Origin: Felis catus
Taxonomy: Eukaryota
DNA: 64,000 bases
Reading direction: 5' to 3'
Assembly: GCF_018350175.1 (NCBI RefSeq)
Contig: NC_058382.1
Span: forward strand, 57,414,001-57,478,000
Within the stretch, counting starts at the first letter, position 1, and every line of letters begins with the position of its first letter. Position numbers and translations under genes: made by a program. Below the pieces are notes generated by a model. That model was not told the origin of the DNA. It ran no database searches and worked only from the letters and a program-made list of their open reading frames with translations. Of the stretch, positions 11,532 to 24,526 are shown piece by piece.

Positions 11532-12936
11532 TAGTTTCCTTTCCGTGAAAACAAATTCCCCAACAAACTGAAGGTGCAGAACCTACCTAACTCTTTGGAT
11601 TTACAGTAATGAATAGAACTTACTACAGAGAGATCTGAGGATCCTAATGTCCTGTGCCTGGGATCCCAGCAGCTGAGAACAGCACACAACGTACTAGAGA
11701 AGCTTATTCGAAGCCGGCTTTTTTAAGCAGAATCAACAGTGACTAAGTCTGTGTCGGGCCGCTGTCCCTCTCCGCGCTGGCCGGGCGCGCGCGTGCCTTC
11801 TAGTTTGCAAGGCCCTCCGCTCGGCCGGGGGGGAACTGCCGGGTGCAAAGGTGGAGGAGCCTCTTGGCAGCTCAGCTGACGATGGCTTAGAATCCGGCGA
11901 TGTCGATCATAAGGGGTCACGTTCTTCGTCAGATCTGCAGAAGGTGAGAAGTCTACGGCGAGAGAGGCGAGGAGGAGATACGTGTTCTGGAGACGAGCCC
12001 ACAGCTCTTCGGGGAAGGACTTCTCGGTGAGGCTGCTTTCCTCCGGCCCGTCTCAGACACCCACCGAGATCGCAGTTAGCGGCCGGGGTCGCTCGAGTTG
12101 GTTCAAAGTGAGTCCCTGCTATCGGATGGCCCGTCACCCCCCTCTGGGAGCCGCTCTGGGCCAGGGGGCGACACCGAGGAGGCGGTGCCAGGGTCAGGAA
12201 CCCGGGTCAGTACTTCCCAGTGACTCACCGCCACGGGACGTGGCGGGGCTTCCGCCCTCCCCACGTTTAAATCGGTGACAGAACCACACCTTGGCAGTGA
12301 TCCGTAGATCATGGCACAGGCTCCTTTAAAACCAGCTGAGAAGGGCGGATGTGGAGCCCGATTGCAAACCACTGAGGACCCGTCGGACGGGGACATCTGC
12401 TCTCTCCCGAGTCTTTGGCTCTCCCCGCCCCCCCCCCCCCCCCAGCGCACTGTTTGTGCTGCTTTATCAACACAGAAATTTCATGTCAGGGGAAGCTGCT
12501 CCCCAAAAGCGCGGAGACCCACACCCCAATGCCTCTGCCCTTGACCAGCTGAAATGCAACATCAAGGCAAGGTTTCAGCTGCAGGGTCCTGAGCAGAGGC
12601 CAAGCACCCCCGGCACATAGAACCCGTCCTGCGTGGCAGGAAGGCACGTGCCCGTCAAATGCCCGGCAGAGGCCTCGGCGTCTGTGTCCCCGGATTGCCT
12701 CGGCAAGAAACAACACAAGGACCAGGTTGCTGGCCCTCGGAACTTCTGGGAGAGGCACTGACCAATCCGTATACGGCAGCAAAGGAATTTTACTGCATTC
12801 CGGGTGGTCCCGGACATGACCAGCATGGCTCTGTGTTGAACTTGAGCACGTGCGACAGAGGGAGGGGTCTGCAGGCTGTGCCCTGCACGGGGCAGCCGGG
12901 ATCCAGCTCTGGGGAGGCCTGAGCCCGGGGGGCTCC

Positions 12937-13050
12937 TCACTCATCCTCCGGGACGTCCTGGAGCCCTTGGCTGTGGCGAGGGCGCCCGATGATCTCCAGC
13001 AGCGCCTGGGCCTCAGGGTCCACAGTCAGGATGCTCCTGTTCCTCTGGGC
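12937..13050 (-). CDS. MEAK7: MEAK7 terminal coding exon (AQRNRSILTVDPEAQALLEIIGRPRHSQGLQDVPEDE*)
   Basis: Polypyrimidine tract plus cccaag acceptor; TGA at 12939-12937. Confidence 0.95.
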   Translation of the reverse strand, partial: AQRNRSILTVDPEAQALLEIIGRPRHSQGLQDVPEDE

Positions 13051-16000
13051 CTTGGGAAGAAGGGAAGGGAGGTGAGCGTCTCCCCGACAGCCGGGGACAA
13101 GCAGGAACGTCCTGCTGACTTCAAGCTCATGACAGCAGGATCAGTATCCCACTGTTGGCCACAAGGAGAACACAGTGGGGGCTGTGGCGCCCTCAGTGAG
13201 GTGCCCCCCAGCCTGGGAACCATCGTTGGGGGTCATGAGGGGCAGAGGGCCCATCGCAGGACCCCGGAACGAGAAGGAACCCCAGAGCCCCCTCGTCTTG
13301 CAGACGGGCTGTGCACCCGCCCGGGTTCCCACCTGGGGCAGGGCCCTGTTCCAGAACCGGTTTCCTCCACCAAACCGCACGGAGCCCGACAGGACTCCGA
13401 GCTCTGCCCTTCACCCGCGGGCATCTCTCGGTCCAGCAGCAGCCGCTGGGAATGAGTTCCGGATAAACCGCCTCCAGATGCAGGAGCACAGGGGCCGCGC
13501 ACAGAGAGCGGACAGACAGCACACGGAGAGACGACAGGCGACATGCAGAGAGCAGAGACGCGGAGAGACAGGCGACACGCGGAGAGAGGAGAGATGGCCC
13601 ATGGAGAGATGACACGCGACCCGCGGAAAGGGGAGAGACAGCACACGGAGGGCAGAGACGCCGTGAGCGGAGAGACGGCCCGCGGAGACACGACATGCGG
13701 AGCGACGGCCCGCGCTCACCTGCTGCGAGCCCGGCGCCTCGCCCACTGCCCACACCTCCATCTTCTCAAACCGGAAGTCCTCCTGGGCGGACAGCTGAGG
13801 GCTGTGGTACGTGGTGCACTTGGGCTTGGCCTTGCTGTGTCCTTTCCCGAAATCGACATCAACCCACAGCCCAAAGTAATTGTGCTGTCCGCCCATGCCC
13901 TGCGGGGGGTGGGGGCCGAGCGTCAGCGCCTCCTCCGTCCATCCGACGCCCGACGCCCCGCCCGCACCTGCCTTAAGCCCCAGACGGAGACCAGGCGGCT
14001 CAGAGGCGGATGCGGTTTTCCTCCGCCTTTTTTTAACTGCGAAACACACACACAGCGCGGCAATTTCAGCATCCCGGCACCCGTCCCAAGCCGCTAAGAC
14101 GGTCATCGCGGCGCCTCCTCCCGGGGCCGCGCCGGCCGGGGGGACCAGTGACAGCAGAGCACGCCCAAAACCGGAGAACACGGCCCCGAGACCCCAGCCG
14201 CGAAAGGAGGAGGCGAGAGGTCAGCACGGATCCCGAGGTTGGAAAACCCGCGTCCGGATCCCCGGACAGGTGCCTGGCTCGCTCAGACCGGGACACTGCA
14301 CGTCGCCTACGGGGTGCGGGCGACCGCAGGGACCAGACACAGGAAGCAGACCCGGGGCGACTCATGCCCCTTCTCTCCGCGCCCCACCCCCACCCCGCCA
14401 CATGGTCACGCTCAGCAGGTGGCCGGGGGACCGAACTGCCCGTCAGGCTCCCGGGTGACCTTCCCCGATTCCCCGACGTCCCCGCCACCTCCGCCCTCTG
14501 GCGCCCCTGGTGGCCGGCGACTGAAGTTGAGCGAGAGACCACAGCAGGAGCTGCCGACTCTCAGGGCTGCCTCTGTCTCGGGCTGATTACTGAGGACCAA
14601 CTGGGTGCTGCTCCGGAGACCACCCCACTGCCCTTTCCAGAGTCCTCAGGCGGCCCCGCGGGGGCCCTGCAGCAGCCTGGGAAGGAACACGGGGGCTGTC
14701 TCCCTCCGGACAAGGTGGAACGGCGAGCACAGAGCTGGAGTTTCCCGAAAGCTGCTTCGTGTTAAGAAGCAGAGAAAAGAGACAGGCTGGGGAGCTGGCA
14801 GGGGACCCGTTTGTCACGCGAACCAAGCTGGCTCACAGGTACAGGTGGGGGCCCGTTGGTGGGCACCCGACCCAGCTCCCACTCCCCCCACCCACCTTTG
14901 GCCTTCACCCCCACCGTCTTCCTCCCGTGGCTGAGTCTCGGGCCGCGGCACAGAGCAGATAGGAGGTGTGTTCACCCTGACGGGAGCCCCGGTTTTGTGA
15001 GTCGCCCACTGACAACGCCCGATGGGTCCGGGGCGGGACCCAGGTCGGGGCGTGCCCCTCCCCCAGCTCATCGCCAGCCACAAAGGCCACAGGCCGGCCA
15101 GCTGACCCCGGGAAAACTGGCCGTGTCCACCGTTTGCACACCAGCCACTGACACACACCCCGACCGTGCAGGAGAGACTTCCGTCCCAGCTGTCACGCCA
15201 GCACGGAGACCCGCGCAGAATGAACACAGCCCACGCACGCAACCCAGCGCATACGGCTCCCCTGGCTCTCGGGGAGAGCGTCGGCCTGGGCACGTCGGGA
15301 CTGGCCCCGCTGCAGGAAGGACAGCACCAAGGTGGCACGTCCCTTGCTCTCCTCAAGTCCTTACCAGGCCGTTTGGGATGGTCTGCTGCCCGTGATTCAG
15401 GTACATGTAGTGGTCGTTGTAGCCCGTGGAGGTATACACAGCCATACGGGGGGAGGTGGAGAACAGGAAGCACCTGTCGTCCCCTGAAAGTGAGCAGGGT
15501 GTGGACAAGCAGGGTCACCAATGTGAGCTGGGCACCAGGACAAGCAGGGACCACAAACAAGCCACAGCTCACAAGGCAAACTCTGCACACGGGTCTTCCT
15601 GTGAGCCCGGAGCTCACCACACACCGGGACTGTGGCCACCAGGGGTCAGCGGGCAGGTCCCAGACCCCGCAGAGGCCGGGCCTCCTCGCTGTCCCCCCAC
15701 CAGCCCCCCACCCTGGGCACCCAGAGGTGAGCTCAGGGCAGGGGTGGGGGGGGGGTGGTGGTGAGTGTACCAGCGGCTTGCTGGGGACACCTTCCAGCTC
15801 TCACCAAGGAAGACAGAAGGGGAATCGGCCGCTGCTCGCCCACCGAGTGCACTCAAGTCAAAAGAGCAGTCTCCCCTTCACGCAGGAGCCTTGCCAGCAC
15901 AGCCCCCTCCAGTGGGCACGTGACACTGAGTGGATGTGTCCCCAGTCTGAAGGAATGCATCTTCCGGGGGGAGAAAGCCTGCAGGTGCACAGCGGCCCCG

Positions 16001-19000
16001 GGGTACTTGCGGCCGGAAAAGGAACACACGGGCAGCTGTGACCCTCTGCCTCCCCTCCGGGCACGAGTGTGGACGTGTGTGTGCCCCTCAGGGAAGGCGG
16101 CAGTCAACACTCTGGAAATGACCAGCATCCTAAGGCTCAGGGACTCCCTCCTGCCCACAGCGATTTCCTCTCCACCAGCACCATCAGCACCACGGACAGG
16201 GATGGAGGCCACGAAAAGCGGGGGGGGGGGGGGGGGGGGGGGGCGGCAGGGACCTCCCTGGGTGGGGACCAAACAGGGGATACTCCCCACAGTTTTGAGA
16301 ACGCGGCCCTGAGGCCTGGCTCCCCGGGGACATCGTGAAGGCACCTGATATCAAATCACCTGTACAAGAAACTCAACAACCAGCTGCCAGTACTTTGGGG
16401 GGTCTGGCCACTCGCGAGGTGGGAAGGAACAGTCCGGCAGCATGAATGCTGACGATGGATATGAAAGGGGGTTCGAGTCCCAGAGGGTTCTGCGGGGCGG
16501 GGTGGGGGTGGGGGACACCTCAGCTGGCAGAGTCTGGGCAGGAAACCCTTGGGCCTCCAATCCAGAGGGATCCACGAGGAGAGGGGGGTGGACCCAAGGT
16601 CACGAGGGACATCCGGAACCAGAGGCGGCTGAGAGAAAGCACTTCCTGGAGGAGGGACCCCGTGCTGGGACAAGACATGGGGAGGCAGGGAACCGAGGGG
16701 CCCCTGGCCACACTGCGGGGTTTGTGAGCGCCGGGGTCAGAGGGCAAGACAGATGAGCCTGGGGCCACACGACAGAGGGCTTTCCTCCAGGTGAAAGACT
16801 CCGGCTTGAGTCCACGGGCTTATGTAGCCCCAAAAGGCCGGGGTGTTTTCGGGCCGATGAACCGCCTGGTCCCACCCTGCTGCCCCGGGTGCCCGTGCAA
16901 GCATCACTTTGTCCTGCAACCCCAAGGCTGGCTTTCCACCAACACTTCCTTGGTCCCAGACGCTAAGCGAGGCGACAGGCCCGCCAAGTGCACGTGGTCG
17001 GCGGCAGGGGGCCTCCTTCGAGGGCATCCGGGTGTGCTCTCACGGGGAGGGCCGTGTCGGGAGGGCCACGTGGGGGCTCCCTTCCTAGGGGCGAGGGTCC
17101 AAGGAGTCATTATCGGCTGCAAAGCCGTCAAGCCACCAGAGAAGGCTCATCTAGGTCACGTCAGCGATACCCGCTACTCAAGGGACAGCCGTGGGTTCAG
17201 CACCTGCCACCACCCGCGGCGCTCACAGGCGGCCTTTCCGCGCAGCACCAGTTCATGCGGTGCCGGGGAGCTCAGGCCGGGGAAGGCGAGCCCCCCGCCC
17301 AGCACCGGGGAGACCGTCTGCTCGGCCCAAAGCCGCCGGCCTGTCCACCGCACCACAGAAACGTAAGCAAAACAGAAGCGACTCGGCAGCTGCTACGACA
17401 CATCAGGCCCGCAACGTCAAAGCAGTTAGGGCAGCTCCTGCCCTGAACCTGACCTGCGTCTGGGACACGAGGCTGCCCTCTGCCGGACCTCTGCCCTCAC
17501 GTCTCGGAACAGCACGGACTGGGGTTGGAAAGTTGGGAGCTGGCGTTTTTCCACCGTTCTTACCGAAGACTAAGCCCGCTCGCTAATAAAACATTAAAAC
17601 CAGCGGGGACAGCCTGGAGATAATGCCAAAGGGGCTGGGAGGGGCGGAAGTCCACGCGACTCGCAGGCGTGTTCTTCCAAATGCTGAGGCCGAGCCCCCA
17701 GCCGTGCGGACAGCACCTGTCACTCCCCCAAGGCCTTGAGCGGGGCCGGGCGGGGGGAGGATGCCCCATTCGTTCCCCCAGACACGGTGACAAGGAGGGT
17801 GGGGACGAGAGGTGAGCTAACGCAGCAGGGCTGAGACTGCGGCCCCCAGAAGCGTCGCTCAGCCGCCATCTGGGGGCTTGGAGGGTCCCCCGCTCCCAGA
17901 GCTGGCGAGAGCGGCTCCCTGGGCCGACACTTTTGTGCAAATGGTGTGGTTGAGGCCGAGCACCTGCTTTCGTCCCGGGACTCTGGGATTTGGGCACGTG
18001 CCAGGCAGAGGGCGCTCACGTGACCAGCCCCCGATAAAACCCGGGGTGCTGAGTCCCTACCGAGCAGCCCTGGTGGGCGGCACCTCACATGTGCTCTCAC
18101 GCCTCCTTGCTGGGGAATCGAGCGTGTCCCGTGTGACCCCGGGGGAGAGGGCTCTGGAAGCTGGCCCCTGTCCCTTTGCCGACCTTGCCCCGTGTCCTCT
18201 TGCCGTAATAAATCACGGCCACGAGGAGGACCGTAGCCTGAGACCTGCAGGTGCTCCGAGGGAGTCACTGACATGTGGGCAGTCTTGGGGGTCCCGGACA
18301 CAGTGGAGAAGGGCTGGTGGCAGCAACGGGACTCAAGATCTAGGACATTCTGAAACCCAGAGGAAAGCAAATCCTGGAACAAACAGGATCTCAGGGATTC
18401 AGTTCCTTCCACCCGCCCAGTAATGGCAGCTGTGCCACCTGGACACGACGTCCCGGCCCGCAGAAGCTCGCGGAGTGGAGGAAGGTGTGCAGAGGTGTGC
18501 AGTGTGACAGAGGATGCGCAGGGAGCACATGGCCCTCCCACGTTTGGGAAGGCTTCCTGGAGGAGGTGACCTTGCGCTGAGTCCCAACGAGGAGGCCATG
18601 CCAACAGGTCGGGGGGAGAGGAAGAGAAGCGTGTGCCGCATCAGAGGATGGGAGGGTGCCGCCTGCAGGGGGTCCGGGGAGACTGCACACAAAGCACCAG
18701 GGGACAGGCGCGGGTCAGGAGGCTCGAGAGAAGAGGCGACCTCCTGCGGGCAGCGTTCAGGGTCTCAGAGGAAGGGCAGCATGTCAGACGCGCTGGGACA
18801 CGATGGATGGACGGGAAGGTGAGAGGGAAACCAGGGGGCTGGTCAGGAGGCCCCCACAGAGTGGCATGGAGAGAAGGCTGGGGACGAACAGATGACCTAG
18901 TTCAGACACGCAGTCCCTGTCCCCAAGGGACTGCCTTTCCACCCCGTCTGTCTTGTCTAAGGACCTGTTCAGGGCCGGTATTAACCATTTGGCTCCTGGG

Positions 19001-22000
19001 CATGAGGACAGGGCTGCGTCGGGTCTCCCAGAACCTCCAGGAAAGGCCCGTTTCACAGCCGAGAAGACCCTCCGGGGCCACACGCCGGGGCTCACGCAGG
19101 GACATCACTTCTGAGTGTGTGAGCAGCCTGCTGCCCAGGAGATGAACGGTCCTTTAAAAATGTTTCTCAGAGCACTTTTCTTTACAGAAGTGGAAAAATG
19201 TCCTTAAAAGACCGCCATCCAGTGCACGGAAAGTCACATCAAGAGCGTTCGAATTACAATGAAGTCACAAGACTGAAAAACCCGGGCAGAAGGGAAAGAC
19301 AGAAGCAGCCACGCAGACGCACGGGCAGGGGACGGGCTGTCCAGGAAGGGGGGCGGCCCGTGGAGGAGACACCCATCGGACAGGAGCAGCCCAAGCCCCC
19401 AGCCTCCCCGTGGCCCGGACCCGGCGCGGTTTATTAATGCCGGGCCTGAATCCGGGGTCGGGATCCCTGTCCTCTCTGCCTTCCTCTGCTGCCAGAATCA
19501 CAGGAGAAACCCAGGAAGCACCAGACCACATGAGGCAGCGTCTCCTTTCTCCTGACCACATCCAGAACCGCACTTGGAGGACACAGAAGAAAGCCCCGCT
19601 CACGCCCTGCTCGGCTCGGGGGTCCCCAGGCAGCAACCGCGAGGCCGGAAGTCTCAACAAACCCCGTGCTACTGCCTGCGGTTTTGGGGGGCCAAATCTC
19701 ACCTTGAAACTGAGGCTTGACCTCCCAGGAGCAGGACGCAAACCCACCGAACACGTGGCCGTCACGGTCCTCGAGCAGCAGCACGCAGGGGCCCTGGTGG
19801 GTGATGCGCCCACAGAGCTGGGCGAAGCTGTGCCCGTGGAGCTCAGATGAGAAGAGCAGGTCCCAGCGGTGCCGCTGCTCCCTGGGCAGGTGGGCGTTGA
19901 CGTAGATGACCGACGGCACGTCCAGGATGCTCTCAAACACCCTCTCCTGGTCCACGTGACGCTCAGGGACCAGGGGGGCCAGATCGGGGGACAAATGCGG
20001 GAGGAGAAAGCCTCTGTGGATGACCACGCTCAGGAACGTGGCCACGTGGGGGGCCCTGAACACCCAGTCCTCGATCACGGCTCGGTCACAGTCACGGTCC
20101 AGCTGCCGAGGTCCCGGAAGCTCCTCGCTGCCTAGGGGAGGGGGAGACACAACCAGTGGGGCCATTGCATCAGCTGACATCCACGACCCCCATCAGAGCA
20201 CCTGCCGTGACGCTCATTTGGACAGAGCTGTGCGGTTAGTGCAAAATGCGCCCCTGATTCCAAAGATTTGGTATCCAAAAAGAAATGTAAGACACCCCGA
20301 TCACCTTTTATGGTGACCGCTGATGTTAGAGTATACTCTGGACACGTGAAAAGTAACTCCCCTGTTTCTTTTTCCTCTTTCAACGTGGCTACTGGAAGAT
20401 TTACAGTTTCACGTGTGGCTCGCATCAGTGCCTGCATTCCATTTTTATTGGACGGCAGTGATCTTGACCATCTGACAGCCGCACCTTCTCTCCTCTGGAA
20501 GCTGTGCTTCAGAGGCCCAGGAGTCAGCCAGGCCTCACCCATGGGCCCAGCCCCGAAGCCCTCCAGCGGGTGTTCCGGAGACAGCCACACCAAAAGCCGC
20601 TCTCTGAGGGCCTCTACTCAACACAGCCAGTTGGCAGAGCTTTCCAAGTGTGATGTTCTCCATGCAAGTCAGGGTAGTGGCTGGGTAACTTACTGGACAC
20701 CCCCCACCCCAGTTTATCTGGGAAGAACGGGTTTCATGAACTCTGAATTATGCTTCCCATCTATCTACAGTCCTGTTTTATATCTCTTATCCACGAAGAA
20801 TGGAGGCGATATGGTGGTGGTAACAGAAGACAGACCACTGATATTTTATACGTATTGTTCTTCTTCTGTCCAAGTTCCAAATTTCACCACTTGGTTTTTG
20901 AAATATGACCTGTGTCCAAAATGCGTTTTAAAATCCAGCTTTATAATAAAAGAATGCTTTTATAAAACAAATCTGCTTTGCCAAGGGATTCATTTGCATG
21001 AATTGGGATTCATTTGAAGTAGACCAAACCAAAAAAGGTATTTTTAAATCTCAAGTGAATTCAAACACATATGGTTTCTCATCCAACGGGAACAGAATAC
21101 ACATGATTCTCAAGTGCACATGGCACATTCTCTGGAATAGTCTGCATATAAACTAGTGTGTAAAGCATGCCTCAGTAAATTTAAAAGGGCTGAAATCATA
21201 CTGAGTACGTTCTTCAACCACAATGGAATGAAATTACAAATCAGTAACAGGAGGCGATTTGGGAAATCCACAAACATGTAGAAGTCAAATAACACACATC
21301 TAAGCAAGCAAGAGACCAAACAAAGGAGGAATCAAAGAGAAGTTAGAAAATACCAAGAGGAAGGAACACACACACAACATGTACCGAAACTTATGGGATT
21401 CAGCTAAAGCAGTGCTTAGAGGGAAACGTATAGCCGTAAATGCCTATATTGAAAAAGAAGAGAGATCTCGAACCAATAACCTAAACTTCAACCTTAGGGA
21501 GCTAAAGGAACTAGACCAAACTAAATCTGAAGCCCTGGGAAAGAAAGACTAGGATAGAGACAAAGGAAGGAAGAAACACACAGAGAAAACCAACTGTATC
21601 AAAAGTGGGCTCTCTGAAAACATCCACCAAAAACCGAGAGACCTTCAGCTAGACTGATCGAGAAAAATCAACAGCCTCAAATGACTGAGGTCAGAAACGA
21701 AAGTGGGGGCATCACTACTGACCTTGCAGAATAAGAGGAAACAGTAGAAACAATTATGTTAATTTCTGCCTGCTTGTGAATTTCCCAAATGCCTCTGGTT
21801 CATCCCATCGTGGTTGCAGAACATACTTTGTAGGATTTCAATCCTTTCAAATCTATCGAGGCACGTCTTACGGCCAGCCCAGAAGATAATCCAGAACAGA
21901 GCTGGAGGACTCATGTTTACGGATTTCAAAGCTTCACGACAAGGCTACAGTAACTGAGACCGCGGGGTACCAGTCTAGGCGCCAAGGCCTCAGTGGGCGA

Positions 22001-24484
22001 GCGCACGGGCCACTTGCCTCGGAGTTCCATCTCGGAGAAGAGCTGGGCGGCCAGCACCTGCACCCCGGGCGGGGGGCCCGGGCCCCTCTTCTGGGTCCAG
22101 CCTCTCAGCTCCTGTCTGTAGTTTAGCACGTGCACTACAGAGCCAACCAGATCCTCTGTGAACTGCAAGACCACAGTTTTACCATGAGTAACATTTCCAC
22201 CCTGACCCATGACCTACCTCCTATCAGCACAGGGAAGGGCGTTTATCTTTTCAATGCTGACTATCATGGGCCACAGGGTGGGAGGAGATCACACAAAGGG
22301 CATTCACGCTCCGGCTCACCAAGGCCTCTGTCCAGGGTCCTGACCTCACCAGGGTCCCCCCAGGGGGACATCTCCCTGTGTCCCACCCTCATCCTAAGCC
22401 CCCAGGTGAGGATACGAAACCTCCTAAAGGGTCTCGCGGCCTCGCTACCTTCTGGACTTCTCTCGCTTTCACGGGACCTTCTGTGGCAGAAATCATTTTC
22501 ATGATCACAAGACTCTTCTCCTCGGAGCTTCCCTTTAGCAAGTGGGACATGAACATTGTGAACTGCTCCCGGGAGATGCTCTCGCTGGGCCCCTTCGCCT
22601 TCCCCGGCAGGTCGAGGCTCCGCATGCCATCGTACAGTCTTGTGACCATCTCCGGGGGAAGGGCTTCCCCTAGGTGGCTCTGTTGGGGACAAACCAGAGA
22701 AAAAAAAAATTTTTTTTTTTTTTCAAACGTTTATTTATTTTTGGGACAGAGAGAGACAGAGCATGAACGGGGGAGGGGCATAGAGAGAGGGAGACACAGA
22801 ATCGGAAACAGGCTCCAGGCTCTGAGCCATCAGCCCAGAGCCTGACGCGGGGCTCGAACTCCCAGACCGTGAGATCGTGACCTGGCTGAAGTCGGACGCT
22901 TAACCGACTGCGCCACCCAGGCGCCCCAATTTACGTCTAATTCTTAATTAACATCTTGTCAATAACGTCCTGTAAATACCCCTCTCTGTTTTCACTCCAA
23001 CATCAATCAAATCTGCTTTGCTCCAGGGATTACAAATAAATGGAGAGCAAGTGAGCAAGTCACACACACACTGAATCACGAACTCGCTTTGCAGCGGGGT
23101 CTGAAAACTGGATTCTCCTGGAACTGCGGACTGTGTCCGCACCGTGTGTGACAAGACGGATACCCTGAGGGTCTTGTAAGGCAGGTTCCTACGCTCACCC
23201 TCAAGAGTACTTCTAGTTCTGTCAACGTTTTCCAGGTTCTCCTGAAAAAGCAACCCACCCTTCTTCCCCAGAAGACACTTCATTCAGTGGCCCGGTTTTC
23301 TGATCAACCTTTCACCCCACTTACCGTGATACATACACATTTGTGCACATCATTTCTACCCTGCGCTCATGCCTTTAACTGGCCTGGTTGCGGGACGCCT
23401 GGGGGGCTCAGTCTGTTAAGCGTCCGACTTCAGCTCAGGTCATGATCCCACGGTTTCCGGGTTCGAGCCCCGCCGTCGGGCTCCGTGCTGACAGCTCGGA
23501 GCCTGGAGCCTGCTTCTGATTCTGTGTCTCCCTCTCCCTCTGCCCCTCCCCTGCTCGCACTCTGTCTCTCTCTCAAAAATAAATAAACGTTAAGAAAAAA
23601 ATGTAATTGCCCTGGCTGGTTCTGTCTGCTTCAGCTAAGTGGGTGGCCCAGGAAACTGGGGTGCTTTGGTTTAGTGGAGATCCATACACACTCGTGCACG
23701 CGCACACACACACACACAGCACATAGCTGTGACAGAGATAACCTCCCCGGCCGATTTCCTCGTCTGCAAAGTGAGCATGTTGGGGATCCCCAAAGGCCCC
23801 CCAGCTCCCACTCTGCACATACTAAAGGAGGCGGCTGCTGGAACGCCTTCCCACACTGCAACCTCCACATCACCCAGGAGGATGTGGTCTTGCCTCTGTC
23901 TGGCCAAACACACTGCTAAAAAAGCCCCATGGGGGACGCCTGGGTGGCTCAGCTGGTCACGTGTCCGACTCCTGGTTTTGGCTCATGACCTCACCGTTTC
24001 GTGAGTTCGAGCCCCGTGTCGGGCTCTGTGCTGACAGTGTGGAGCCAGCCTGGGATCCTTTCTCTCTCCCTCTCTCTGCCCTTCTCCTGCTCATGCTGTC
24101 TCTCTACATAAATAAATAAACATTTAAAAAAAAAAACAGCTCCACGGAACGGGGTGCAAAGATGGGGAAATGGACAGTTTGAACCCGCTGTCAGGTAAAC
24201 GCGGAACTTAAACGTCATTCTTTTGTTAGGAGGACATTAAATTCCTAGAACATCAAACACTTACAAATTCATCTGAAGACAAAGTACACTTGAAACTGCG
24301 GTTGCTGGGGGCGCTTGGGGGGCTCAGTCAGTTAGGCATTGGACTTCGGCTCAGGTCACGATCTCACACTTCGTGAGTTCAAGCCCCATATCAGTTAAGC
24401 ACGAGCCCTGCTCGCTCTCTCTCTCTCTCTCTCTCTCTCCCCCCCTCTCTGCCCCTCACTCACTTGTGCCCTCTCTCTCTCAGA

Positions 24485-24526
<42 letters not shown>

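Noticed and set aside
20268..21017. 249-aa + strand ORF antisense within a MEAK7 intron
   Set aside because: Non-ATG start, no recognisable domain and no splice support; most likely chance.
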